Assembly: GCA_918797485.1 (NCBI GenBank)
Contig: CAKKNE010000005.1
Location: 1,054,001 to 1,118,000 of the forward strand
Direction: 5' to 3'
Source of the DNA: Pelagomonas calceolata
Taxonomy: Eukaryota
Length of the DNA stretch: 64,000 bases
A program made the translations under genes and the position numbers. Of the stretch, positions 44,003 to 54,705 are shown one piece after another. Below the pieces are notes generated by a model. It did not search any database. It saw nothing but the letters and a program-made list of their open reading frames with translations, and had not been told where the DNA came from. The first letter of the stretch is position 1. Every line of letters starts with the position of its first letter.

Positions 44003-46435
44003 TTAATCGTCGTCCGGAGGCCGTGTCGCGCCGCACGCCGCGCACGCGAGGAAGGACCGTTCCTTGGCAGAAGTGTGCGTGCGTGTGCACGTCCGACAGG
44101 TCCATCCCTCCGAGGTGCGCGGCGGTGCCGGCGGCGGGGCCGCATCGTCGATCTCGATGATCTCGGCCGGCGCCGGCGCGGCGATGGGTCTAGGAGGCGG
44201 CTCGACGCGCGCCCGCTTCGACGGCGGCGCCGGTGCCTCGGCGCGCGGCAGCAGCGGCCGCAGGCTTTCCACGGCGGCCGCCGCGTCCTCCGCGGCGATC
44301 ACGCGATCGAAGCCCTCGCCCGCGGCCACCTCGCGGAACTTGCCCTGGAGCATGTTCACGACGCGCGCGCACTGCGCCGGGTTCCGCGCGTCGAGGCCGC
44401 CCTCGTGGTTCCGCCGCGCGGCGCACCGCTGCGCGCATACATCGGTAGAGGTGCGGAACCGCAGCACGACGACGGCCGCTCCTCGCCGCCGCGCGAGCTG
44501 GACCCAGTGCGCCCGCTGCGGCGCGTTGTAGTTCGTGCGGTCCACGTAGGCCGCGCCCCCGCGCCGAAGTATGACATCCACCGCCGCCTGGACCTTCTCG
44601 CGGCGCTTCAGCACATCCTGGCAGCACCGCTCGAGGCCGAGCGCCGCGAGGTGGCGCCGGAAGAAGGTCGACTTGCCCGAGCCCGGCAGGCCGACGGCGA
44701 CGACGACGAGGCCCCGGCTCCGGGGCGCCGGTTGTACAACGGGCGGTGGTTGCGCGACGGCGCGCGGGGCGGGTGCTCGTTGTGCAGGCGCCCGTTGCGC
44801 GGCGGCGGCGAGCGCCCGTTGCGCGGCCGCGCGCGCGGCGGGCGCTAGTTGCGCGGCAGTGCGTGCGACGGGTGCCCGTTGCGCGGGCGGTGGTCGCGCG
44901 GCGCGCGCCGGTTGCGCGGGCGGCAGCGCGGCCGCCCGTTGCGCGGGCACCGGCGGGCCCCGCGGCTGCGCGCGCGGCGCTTTTGCGAAGGCCGTCCGGA
45001 TCGTCGGCTGGCCGCGCGGCGGCGCCGGCGCATCATCCAATATAAGCGAGACGCCGAGGCCGCGCACGCCGGGCGGATCTAAGCGCAAGTCACTAATAAA
45101 CGCCCGCACGGCCTCGACGACGTCCCCCGCACTCGGCCGCCAGTTCCGCGTCCTCGACAGCACGTCGCAGCGCCCGTGCCCGACGCCGCCCTTGCACGCG
45201 CCACTATTCCCGTCCTTCGTGACCCAGACCTTCAGTCCTATTTTGACGACCTTCGGAAACACATTTAATTTTTCAGCCCGGTCGACGGCCTGGCGCGTGA
45301 GCTTGGCGGCCAGGTCGCCGAACTGCTGGGCGTCGTCACATCTAAACCCGTAGGAGCACTGGGCGCCGACACTCCGCCGCGGTTTTCGTTCCCAGGTCTC
45401 CTGCTTCGGGTCAATACCTCGTGCGCTCGCGTAGAGGTCGTCGATGAGTTTCGTGCCGCCCAGTGCCTCGCGGACGCGCGTCACCGACGTCCGTAACAAG
45501 TCGTCGCAGGTTTCGACGCCGATGGACTCCAATTTTTCTCTCGTCTTCCGACCGACGCCCGGTAATGAATCAACCGGTTGTCGCGCGAGCTCCGACCGCG
45601 CGTCCTCCGGACTCAAATGGCGGTGCCCGTCCGGCTTGGCCAGTCGCGTGGCGACGCGCGCCAGCAGACACGACTCGGCGGAGCCGATCGACGCGGGGCA
45701 GCCGCCCGTCGCCGCCAGAATATTCGAACGCAGCCGCTCGGCGACGATGCGCGCCCCTTCTTCATCGGAAGAAGATGCCTCGTGGACCAGGTGCGTGACG
45801 TCGGCGTAGCACTCGTCGATGGACACGGCCTTGACGTGGGGCGTCGCGTCCAGCACGCAGGAGTGGGCCCGCACGGCCGCCGACGAGTAGGCCTCGAAGT
45901 CGTAGGGCGCCGTGACCTGTGTGCTAAATCGTCGCGTCGATCTCCACGCCATCGACGCGACGCCTGCTCGACGGCGTGGCGGTGTCGATTCCTCACCGCT
46001 CGACGGAGCCAGTAGTGCCCGTTTGACGCACTGATTGATTTCCACACAGGCCGCGACGAGCGACGGGCACTTTCTCCGAGCCTCCTGCAGCCACATGCCC
46101 GCGTGCACGCCATACTTGCGCGCTTCATACGTGCAGGACGAGATCTCGGAGTTCGACGACGGGCCCGACGAATGGCACACCGCGACGGGCTTGCCGCGCA
46201 ACGAGGGGTTGGCTAGGATCGCGACCCAGGCAAAAAAACAGTCCATGTCGATGTGGAACACGACGCGCTGCCGGCCGTTCGTCGGCGGCCGAGGCGGCGT
46301 CACTTCGCGTTCATTCGTGTCGAAGACCTCTTGCCAGATTTCGTCGCGTTTGCCACCAATGAACGCGAGGCGACTCGTGCTGCCGAACGTGTCGAGATAG
46401 TTCGGGTCGTTGGCCGTCGTGCGCTGCTGGGCCAT
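44003..46435 (-). CDS. REV1: REV1-like Y-family polymerase fused to an AAA_33/PNK-like kinase and a RanBP2-like finger; exons 46435-46058 and 45916-44003
   Basis: SRLAFIG, FHIDMDCFF, SEISSCTYEARKYGV, PYDFEAY, SIDECY, LPGVG, HGRCD; then GLPGSGKSTF and YVDRTN; WTCRTCT...CAACG. Confidence 0.88.
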   Translation of the reverse strand: MAQQRTTANDPNYLDTFGSTSRLAFIGGKRDEIWQEVFDTNEREVTPPRPPTNGRQRVVFHIDMDCFFAWVAILANPSLRGKPVAVCHSSGPSSNSEISSCTYEARKYGVHAGMWLQEARRKCPSLVAACVEINQCVKRALLAPSSGEESTPPRRRAGVASMAWRSTRRFSTQVTAPYDFEAYSSAAVRAHSCVLDATPHVKAVSIDECYADVTHLVHEASSSDEEGARIVAERLRSNILAATGGCPASIGSAESCLLARVATRLAKPDGHRHLSPEDARSELARQPVDSLPGVGRKTREKLESIGVETCDDLLRTSVTRVREALGGTKLIDDLYASARGIDPKQETWERKPRRSVGAQCSYGFRCDDAQQFGDLAAKLTRQAVDRAEKLNVFPKVVKIGLKVWVTKDGNSGACKGGVGHGRCDVLSRTRNWRPSAGDVVEAVRAFISDLRLDPPGVRGLGVSLILDDAPAPPRGQPTIRTAFAKAPRAQPRGPPVPAQRAAALPPAQPARAARPPPAQRAPVARTAAQLAPAARAAAQRALAAAAQRAPAQRAPAPRAVAQPPPVVQPAPRSRGLVVVAVGLPGSGKSTFFRRHLAALGLERCCQDVLKRREKVQAAVDVILRRGGAAYVDRTNYNAPQRAHWVQLARRRGAAVVVLRFRTSTDVCAQRCAARRNHEGGLDARNPAQCARVVNMLQGKFREVAAGEGFDRVIAAEDAAAAVESLRPLLPRAEAPAPPSKRARVEPPPRPIAAPAPAEIIEIDDAAPPPAPPRTSEGWTCRTCTRTHTSAKERSFLACAACGATRPPDDD
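45917..46049. mobile_element. Introner element; intron 45917-46057 (141 nt, in frame)
   Basis: ctgtgtgctaaatc...gatttccacacag; duplication gccgtgac/gccgcgac (7/8). Removal gives CPSL|VTAPYDF. Confidence 0.92.
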
Positions 46436-46866
46436 GACCTGCGTGTCGGCCCGTGATCTGCGAACGCTTTCCTGTCGCGAATCGAGCGCTCGAAACGAAC
46501 GGGCGTGTCCGTGCTCTTCGCCCGGCGTCTCCCGCGCCGCGACAATTGGCGAGCGGGCGGTTCGTGACGGGGGGCGTTCTTTTTCTTTTCTTTGTTTTAT
46601 TGCGGCGCTGGGGGCGTACCTTGCGATTTTATGAGCAGCACAGCTTGTGGTCGATTGGTCGATGTGTAAGCTCGCAGCGATGGCGTGCTCAAGCCCAAAC
46701 TCACGGAGGGATCTATGCGGCTCCCAACGCGGCCTGTGACGTGACGGTAGCGGACGATTGCGGTCTTTTTGTGAAGTGGGCCGGTCCTGAGTGCTAGCGT
46801 CGTGTAAGACACTAGCAAACAGCCAGGCGTAGGCGCAGGGCTACATCTGCTGCATCAAGGTTAGCG

Positions 46867-47904
46867 ATGAGTACGGACGCGCAGAAGCTCGCAAGGAGTC
46901 TAAACGACGCGGCCGTGGCGGCTGGTCAATCGCTAGAGACCAATGCGGCGCGCCACCAAGTCTGGAGTCTGCTAGGGTCACGCGCGCAAAATATACTAAA
47001 AGCGCTCTGTGCGGCAGGCGAGGCGCCAGCTGTGTCCGCAGGATCCTGCGAGCCCGCTGCGTCGAGAGCACGCACCGCCAGCGGCCTCGCGCGCTTCCCG
47101 GAAGACGTGCTCGGCGCCATCATCGCGTTCGTGGACCTGCCGATGCGCTTCACCTGCGTCGCCGCGTGCAGCACGCTCCGAGACGCCTGCGCGCGCCTGT
47201 CGCCGCGGCTCGAACACTCGCTGGTTGCGAAGCGCTTCCCGCTGATCAATACCTTCGGCTCTGCCGGCGCGCCTGCGCCGCGGGACCTGTTTCGGACGTT
47301 TAAGGACTTTGAGGGCGAAAATACGTATGCGGTGAGGCCGGAGTCCTCCCTCGCTCTCGACGGCTACACGCTGTCGCTGGAGATAAAGGCTCGAAAAATA
47401 GAGAGCGCAGGCCCTGGGGAGCCGTGGAGGTTCAACGGGACTCAGGAATCCATCTACGTTGGCACCGGCGAGCTCCAAGCAGGAACACCCCTCGTTACCT
47501 ATAAATTTACAGTACCGGATGCGGTGCGTGAACGCGAGGCTGAACTTCCCGAGACTGACGAAACGACTTGGAGTTTAATAGCGACTATCGTGGTTTCGCG
47601 GAGAGGCGCGTCTGGAAAGTTACAGTTTGCCAGGATACATCGGGATCCCTGTACTATGCACGAGAATGGTCTCGATTTCGATTCAAGCGAAATGCCTATA
47701 CCTGCAGGAAATCAGGCGCTGAACTTCCTCAAACGGAAGGCCGATAACGTGGACATGTACACGGACCCCGTCGTCGTTCTCCACTATACCGGGCCTTGCA
47801 CTGTTGAAGCGCGTTTCAAATGGTCCTTTCCTAATCATGGCGAAGTCATGACGGAGCACGAGGCCCGCGCCTGCCTCGAGCACTACGCCGCCTGGTCCGA
47901 GTAA
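46867..47904 (+). CDS. F-box-like hypothetical protein
   Basis: LARFPEDVLGAIIAFVDLPMRFTCVAACSTLRD; 345-aa ATG ORF. Confidence 0.7.
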   Translation: MSTDAQKLARSLNDAAVAAGQSLETNAARHQVWSLLGSRAQNILKALCAAGEAPAVSAGSCEPAASRARTASGLARFPEDVLGAIIAFVDLPMRFTCVAACSTLRDACARLSPRLEHSLVAKRFPLINTFGSAGAPAPRDLFRTFKDFEGENTYAVRPESSLALDGYTLSLEIKARKIESAGPGEPWRFNGTQESIYVGTGELQAGTPLVTYKFTVPDAVREREAELPETDETTWSLIATIVVSRRGASGKLQFARIHRDPCTMHENGLDFDSSEMPIPAGNQALNFLKRKADNVDMYTDPVVVLHYTGPCTVEARFKWSFPNHGEVMTEHEARACLEHYAAWSE

Positions 47905-47942
47905 GTATGTGATATAGACGACTTAACCCCGGGGTTCGAAAC

Positions 47943-49334
47943 CTAGAGCTCCGCGTCGCGCTTCTTCGCGGCCTTGAGCCGCGTCGCGAGCGTCTGGATG
48001 AAGCCCGTCGAGTTCTGCGGCACGAAGCCGCCCTCCTCGTCCATCGACACGAGCTTCTTGTTGTAGAGCGAGTGGGGGGAAGACCGGCCCCGCGGGATGA
48101 CGTGGCCCTTGTGGAGGTGGAGGGCGACCGTGCCGCTCACGGGCTTCTGCGCGTGGTCCATCGCGACGCGCAAAAAGTCCATCTCCGGCGAGAACCAGTA
48201 GCCGTTGTAGACGAGCTCGCTGAACTTGATGGACATCGTGTCCCGCAGCCGCATGACTTCCCGGTCGATCGTCAACGTCTCCAGGTCCAGGTGAGCAGCT
48301 TGGAGTACCGTACCACCCGGGGTCTCGTAGCAGCCTCTCGATTTCATGCCGACGTATCTATTTTCCACAATGTCGATCCTACCGACGCCGTGGATGCCCG
48401 CCAACTCATTTAATTTAGCGAATAAAGCCAAAGGGTCCTCGCCCGTCGAATTCGTGACCGCACCAGACGCGTCGTGCTCCCGAACAGCGACAGGCGCGCC
48501 GTTGTCGAAGTCGATCTCCAGGCGACACGGCTCGTCCGGCGTGTCCATGAGGTCCTGGGTCTTCTTCTTCAGCACCAGACCGGGGTACTCCGTGACCACA
48601 CCCGGGTAAGCAGGGTCCTCCAATTCACCGGACTCGTACGAGATGTGCATGATGTTCTCGTCCTCGCTGTAGGAGTGCTTCTTCGTCTGACTAACCGGAA
48701 TGTTGTGGGACGACGCGTAGTCGAGCAAGTCCTGGCGGCCCTCGAACTTGGCCAAATATTCGGGCTCCCTCCATAATGTCACACACTTGAGGTTCGGGTC
48801 CATGCCGAGGTAGCACAATTCAAATCTCACTTGATCATTGCCCTTGCCCGTCGAGCCGTGGGACACGTACTCGGCCTTCTCCCTCCAGGCCAATTCGACT
48901 TGTTTCTTCGCGATGCAGGGCCGCGCCATGCTCGTCCCGAGTAAGTATCTCCCTTCGTACAAGCAGTTCGCGCGGATGCACTCGTAGACATAATCTCTAA
49001 TAAATTCCCTCCTCAGGTCGACGCACTCGAAGGAGTAGGCACCTGAAGCTTGCGCTTTATCTCTGATTTCTTCGATGGCGGCCTTGTCCTTGACGTCGTC
49101 CTGGCCTAAATCGGCGATGTAGGCGCAGACCTCATAACCCTTCTCGTGCGCTAGGTAGGCGAGCTGCGTCGACGTGTCGAGGCCGCCGGAGTAGGCGAGC
49201 ACAATCCGCGGCTTCGACGGATCCGGCTCGCGGAATCTCGCAGAAACTGACGTGTCGCCCATGTCGATCGTCGACAGCGGGCGCGCGCGCGGGCGCGCGA
49301 AGCGTGACGACAGTCTTGCAGCGTGTCTCAGCAT
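47943..49334 (-). CDS. argG: Argininosuccinate synthase
   Basis: Motifs VLAYSGGLDTS, YLLGTSMARP, HGSTGKGNDQVRFE, GMKSRGCYETPGG. Confidence 0.97.
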   Translation of the reverse strand: MLRHAARLSSRFARPRARPLSTIDMGDTSVSARFREPDPSKPRIVLAYSGGLDTSTQLAYLAHEKGYEVCAYIADLGQDDVKDKAAIEEIRDKAQASGAYSFECVDLRREFIRDYVYECIRANCLYEGRYLLGTSMARPCIAKKQVELAWREKAEYVSHGSTGKGNDQVRFELCYLGMDPNLKCVTLWREPEYLAKFEGRQDLLDYASSHNIPVSQTKKHSYSEDENIMHISYESGELEDPAYPGVVTEYPGLVLKKKTQDLMDTPDEPCRLEIDFDNGAPVAVREHDASGAVTNSTGEDPLALFAKLNELAGIHGVGRIDIVENRYVGMKSRGCYETPGGTVLQAAHLDLETLTIDREVMRLRDTMSIKFSELVYNGYWFSPEMDFLRVAMDHAQKPVSGTVALHLHKGHVIPRGRSSPHSLYNKKLVSMDEEGGFVPQNSTGFIQTLATRLKAAKKRDAEL

Positions 49335-49542
49335 GGTTGCTTTTTATCTGCAACGAATGGATGCACGAGCAAATTGCTCGCCGCAGCGATGTAGCTATGG
49401 AACAGCTGCTCGGACGTGCTTGCTTGCTCGCTCGATTGCTATCGAGCCGCGGAGATTTTGGCACACGCTGGCTGCTACAATCGCCGTCACTGCTACGACC
49501 CGCCGTAAGCCAGCCCGAGGCGTCTGCCACACCCATGGCACT

Positions 49543-52500
49543 CGTCGCAGCAATACAAGCAACGACCAAGATCGACCGGGGCGCCCGGAGGGGCCCCGCC
49601 TAGACGCGGCTCGCGCCCGCCGCCGATGAATCGGCGACGCGTATTCGTCGAGGCCCCGAAGGGCGAGTTCTCATTTCCTCCGTTCTTAGAGGCGAAAGTG
49701 GACGTGACGACGAAGCACTGGTTCTCGTCCTCGGCTCATGATTCTTATGCGCGGACCATGATGCTCGCCGGCGAGGTGTCGAACGATCCGTTCGACGGGG
49801 ACGCGAACGCGGCGGGGGGCGTGGTAAGGTTTAACTGTGGTTAAATGGGTGCTCGCGGCGCGGCCGGACCTGCCCGCGAGCGCCCCACCGATCCGAGGGC
49901 CCGTCGAGGCGAGAGCACACGTCGAGCATGGCGAATCACGGTATCTAAAGTTGCTGATGCGGCGTCCCCCTAGAGCGTCCCACCCCGATTTCTACACAAC
50001 AACATTCACCAACGGCAGGCCCGCAAAGCGACGCGACGAGCCCGGAGATGCCCAGCTCCTGCAAGACTTCCAACGGCACGTCCAGCGGTGGCCCAGGCCC
50101 GTGAAGCGTGTCCAGCTAGCCGGCGAGAAGCCCGGTCTACGCGAACCGGCCCGCAACCCGTCGACACCGCTGAACCTGAGCCGTCGACGCGCGGGACTCG
50201 GCGGCAACGTAATCAGCTACATTCAAGTGGCCTCGACTTCGTCGCTTACGGTCGCGCGCGGGAAGTCTCGCCGATCGCGGGGCGTCGACGATGTCTCGGG
50301 GGCATGGGCTGCCCCTGGCGGCTCCACGAGCTACCGGCAGCCCCGTCAAGCGATACACGGCGTTTAGAGTGCTCCGTCGTGCACTCACGCGCTGCGGTGC
50401 GGCGCGTGGAGTCCCAAAAACTCGATGCCGGGGCACTTGTCCTCCCAAGCCCGAACTTTGGGGGTTTGCAGGTTGCTGTTTGGTGCAGAGCAGCGTTTTT
50501 GGTGCCGCTGGCGTCCTACGACGCCGCGGCGGCGGCCGGGCCGCCGCCCTGCTCGCAATCAATTCACCGAAATAACTCCTAAGATGGATAAACGCTCTAG
50601 TCTCGAGGCGACTGGGCCTCCCTGCGCGCCACAGCCTGTGTCGGCTGCGTCGCTGGCCTCGGCAACCGTTGCTGCACGGAAGACTTTCGACGTTGCACCG
50701 CGAACGTCTGCGAAAGCTGCATCGCTGCGGCGCGAGCGCTGGAGTTTAAACTGGGCGGCAAAGGCTGCCATTTGGTTTGTGGTGCTGCTCATGTTAGGCA
50801 GAGCAGCCAGAGTAGCCAGAGCAGCTGCTCCTCCGCGCGGCCGCTTCGTTGAAACGGGCGTCGGGCGCGCCTCTCATTTGCGGGACCTCCTGCCTCGCGC
50901 GGCGGCGCGCGGCCGCGGCGGTGGTCGCGGCGGACGCGGACGCGGCGGACGGGGCCGCGGCCGCGGCGGCGGCGATGAAGGCTTGACGAGCGCTCAGCGG
51001 ACGGCGGCGAAGAAGGCGGCGAAGACGGCGGCGTGGCGCGCGGCCCAGGAGCGGCGCAGATTCGTCGAAGAGCAGTATGCCGCGGCCACGGCCCAAGGCC
51101 CTGCCGCCGTCCGGCTGCTGCAAAACGGGCGGCCGGCGACGCGCGGCCAACCAGCCGTCGAGAAGCTGGAGTCGGTGGAAACCGCGCTCGCGCGCGAGCG
51201 CGAGCTCCACGCAGCCGCGCCCGCGGGCGCGAACGCGCGGTACAAGCAGCGGCGTAAGGCGGCGCTCTCGGACGCTTCCGCGTTGGTTTCGCGATTAGAA
51301 GCCGCCGCGGCCGGTTCGGGTCGCGGTACGGCTGCGCGGGCTGCGCGCCGAGCTGCGACGCAGGAGTTGCCGGCGGCGCGAGCCGACGCGGAGCGCGCGC
51401 GCGCGGCGCTGCCTTCCGTGATGGAGACTGCCGGACGCCGGGCGAAGAAGCGGCGCCGGGCGAAACTGGTCGACGCGGCGACGGCGGCGGCGGCCGTGTT
51501 AGATGCGCTCGAGGCGGCCGATCCCCCGGATCGCGACACGCGCGACGATCGGGCTGCGGCTCGTCGTCAAGCTGTCCAGCTCGCGGCGGCGAGAACGACT
51601 GCTGCGGAAGCGGAGGACGCCACGCTGACGGCGGAGCAGCGGCGGCGGCGCGAGGCCGAGGCGCGGATCCTGGTGCTCGAGGCGCGCGTCGAGGCGCTGC
51701 GGGACGATAATTCCGAGGCGGGGCGCATGCTATTCTTCGCCGCGCAAGCAGAGCTGAACGCGGCGCGGCGGGACGCGCTGTCGAACGACCAGCGGCGGCG
51801 CGCCGACGCCCTGGCGCGCGCTGAGGCGGCGAGGAGGCGCCGTGACGTCGCTGAGGCGGGCGATGACGAGGAGGAGAAGACGGCCGCGCGCGCGGACCTC
51901 GCCGCGGCGGAGGAGGAGGCCTTGTCGCGGGCGGCGCGGTCCGCTAGGAAGCGCAAAGACGCCGCGGGCGCGCGTCTCGCGGTGGCTAAGGCGCGCCACG
52001 CCGCCGCTGTGGCGAACGGCGACGACGCGGCGCTGGCCGCAGCGAGCGCGACGCTGGCCATTGCGACGGCGGAGGCCGCGCCGCAGCAGACGCGGCTTAG
52101 AAGGGACCAACGCACGACCGCGGCCGCGGCCGAGGCGCATGTTAGGGAGTTAGCGGAGCGGGGCCTGGGCGAGGAGGACTCGGAGCTGCTGGAAGCGCGC
52201 GCGGCCGCGGCGGCCGCGAGGGACCGGACCACGGCCGTTATAAATGCTCGACGGCTCGAGGCGCTGCTCGAGAAAGGGATGAAGGCGAAGGAGAGGTACG
52301 AGTCTCTCGTCGCGCGCGGCGTGCGGGGTGCGGCGGCCGAGCGCGCCTTCGGCGTGATGTGCCAGGCTCTGCGCAGGACGAATAAGGGTCGACGCCGGTT
52401 AGCTGCGTGTATGGACGCGGCGGCGGCGCGTGCGTCGCCGCGGCAGCTGGAGTCCGAGTTCCGGACGTTGCTAGATGCGTCCAAGGACAAGCTGCGGCAC

Positions 52501-53298
52501 GTGTTCGAGCAGACGACGCTCCCCGTCTACGTGGGCGTCGCGGGCGACGCCTGGTGGGAGGAGGAGGTGCGGCGCGTCGCACGCCGGCCGTCGTGGCGCT
52601 ATCGGCTGTTCTTCGAGGAGGACGAGGACGTCGAGCCGAAGCGTCGTCGACCTGTTCCGCTCCGCGGCGCGCGCCTGGCATCGACGGCCCACAAGTCGAT
52701 CGTCGGGCGCCTCGAGCGGGCCCTCCACCTCTGGGCGGCGCGCCACTGGCCCGACCGCGTCCTGCACTTCACGATCGCGGCGGGCGGCAGCTTCGCGGAC
52801 GTCGCGGCGCACGCCGTCTACGTGGCCGTGCCGGACGCGCCCGCCGACGTGGTCGTCCACGTGCGGTCGCCGGTCGTCGCGCCCGAGGAGGCGGACGAGG
52901 ACGAGGTGCCGACGCGGCCGCTGACGGACTTCAGCGACGACGTGCCGCCGCCGCTCGAGGCCACGGCCACGCCGGACGACGTCGACGAGGCGCTGGTCCG
53001 GAGGCCGGTCGTCGGCCCCGCGCGGCCGTGGGTCGTGAAGACGACTGGCTGCCGCGTCGACTACATCTGGGCCGGCTCGCTCGCGTTGTATGCGGACGGC
53101 GTCACGTCTTCGACGTACGACTTCTGCGAGACGCCGGCGGAGGCCCAGGCCCTCGCGAGGGCTCGGATCGCGGAGAAGATCCGCGGCCCCTACGAGCGCG
53201 TCACGTCGTTGGATGGCGCGGCGGCGGGGCCGGCGGCGGGGCCGGTGCCGTACCCGTTTCCGCTGGCCCCGACGACGCCTGCTCCGGCGCCGGCTCCG

Positions 53299-53331
<33 letters not shown>

Positions 53332-53903
53332 CCGCGCCGGAAGCGCCGGGGGAGCGAGACCGCGAAGCCTACTGCTAAGCGGCCGCGGTCGGCGGCGACG
53401 TCTCGGAAGCGGGACCGGTCGCCGGCGCCGGCGCCGCCGCGGCGGTCGTCGCGTTTGAGAAAGTGAGCAGGGCGCCTGGCGGGTACTCTAGCAATAAAAT
53501 AGTTATGTTTGTCCTTGTCGCCGTGCGGCCCGCGCGCGCGAACTTTTTTCTCCTCCTTCAGAATGGCCTTCAGCGTGAACTGAGCGTTGGGACGAGGGCC
53601 AGGACGCGCCGTGGCGACGCAGGACGGTGCTGTGCGTTTATGGTGGAGGTTTGCTGAGGCAGGCTAGTGCAAATTTTGCTTTGGCGCCCTCTACGGCTGC
53701 TGGCTTGTCTATCGCGTACGGAGGACTCATGACAGAGATCTCGGCGTCGGAAATCTGGGCCTCATTTGGAGGTGCGCCTCTCCAATCACGCTATCACGAG
53801 CTCCCCCCGTAAGTACCAGTCCAAGATCTCTGTCAGACCTATGAAACGCGTCGCAGCAATACAAACAACGAGCAAGCGCGACAGAGGGCCCCGCCTAGAC
53901 GCG
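49543..53903. mobile_element. Putative inserted 4.3-kb segment flanked by imperfect direct repeats
   Basis: cgtcgcagcaatacaaRcaacgaScaag...gggccccgcctagacgcg at 49543-49608 and 53849-53903; a 30-bp piece of the 79-bp repeat at 49612-49641. Confidence 0.5.
50425..53466 (+). CDS. Ala/Arg-rich protein with GIY-YIG-like and WGR-like segments
   Basis: 1013-aa ORF with an RGG tract and long helical region; LPVYVGVAG...VGRLERALH; ETPAEAQALARARIAEKIRGPY. True start codon uncertain. Confidence 0.6.
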
Positions 53904-53953
53904 CGCGCCGCTAGAGACGCACACTCTGCGTTGAACTACGTCAAGGACAACGC

Positions 53954-54328
53954 CTACCCATTGTCGTTAGCCGCCCCCTCCATATCCGCGTCCTCGTCGG
54001 CCGCGGCGGGCGCCGGCGCTGCCGCCGGGGCAGGGTTCGCGGCCGCGTGCGCGTCGGCGCGGTCCGCGCTGTTGCTCTCGAACTCCCAGTCCCGCCGGCA
54101 GATGCAGCACGTGTTTTTGGTTTGGAGCCACTGCGAGATGCACTGCAAGTGGAACGCGTGGCCACACACGCCCCAGACCACCGGCGCGCCATCCCCCGGA
54201 TACATGACGCCCGGCGGGCAGCCCTCGAAGGGGAACTGGCAGATGCCGCACACGTCGCCGTCCACGTCGTCGCCCCAGGTCCAGCGCGCGACGGCGTGCC
54301 AGTGGAGGATGTTCACCTTGAGGGGCAT
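53954..54328 (-). CDS. APC11: Anaphase-promoting complex subunit 11 (RING-H2)
   Basis: WHAVARWTW...VCGICQFPFEGCPP...PGDGAPVVWGVCGHAFHLQCISQWL...CCICRRDW. Confidence 0.93.
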   Translation of the reverse strand: MPLKVNILHWHAVARWTWGDDVDGDVCGICQFPFEGCPPGVMYPGDGAPVVWGVCGHAFHLQCISQWLQTKNTCCICRRDWEFESNSADRADAHAAANPAPAAAPAPAAADEDADMEGAANDNG

Positions 54329-54705
54329 GGTTCTCTCTTGTCCCGACGGCGCGTTTACGGCGCGTTTACGGCGCGCGTTTATATGCGGTTATTCAGTATT
54401 GAGCTCTTGTTGCGCAGCAACGCTGTAAGAGCTTTCGCAGCTGTTCCGGGCGAGCTGTGGGCACACGAATATGCACGAACGGATCTCTAATCACCCGCAG
54501 CGATGCTGGGCTCGCGTCGCGGCGGCGGGCTCGAGCTGCTTTTAGCTAGCGGCCCATAGACACTAGGCATATCGACATACTCCTCGCGGTACGCCATCGG
54601 CGCGACTCAGCAAAAGAACCGTCGGGAGACAAGACTTCGACTTTTCACATTATGAAAGGGCGCCAAAAGCGGCGCGGGGGTGGGCGACGGGCGGGGACGC
54701 GCTCC

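Noticed and set aside
49612..49641. Possible hammerhead ribozyme in the hairpin repeat
   Set aside because: The sequence is CCGATGA rather than CTGATGA, and no matching GAAA core was found.
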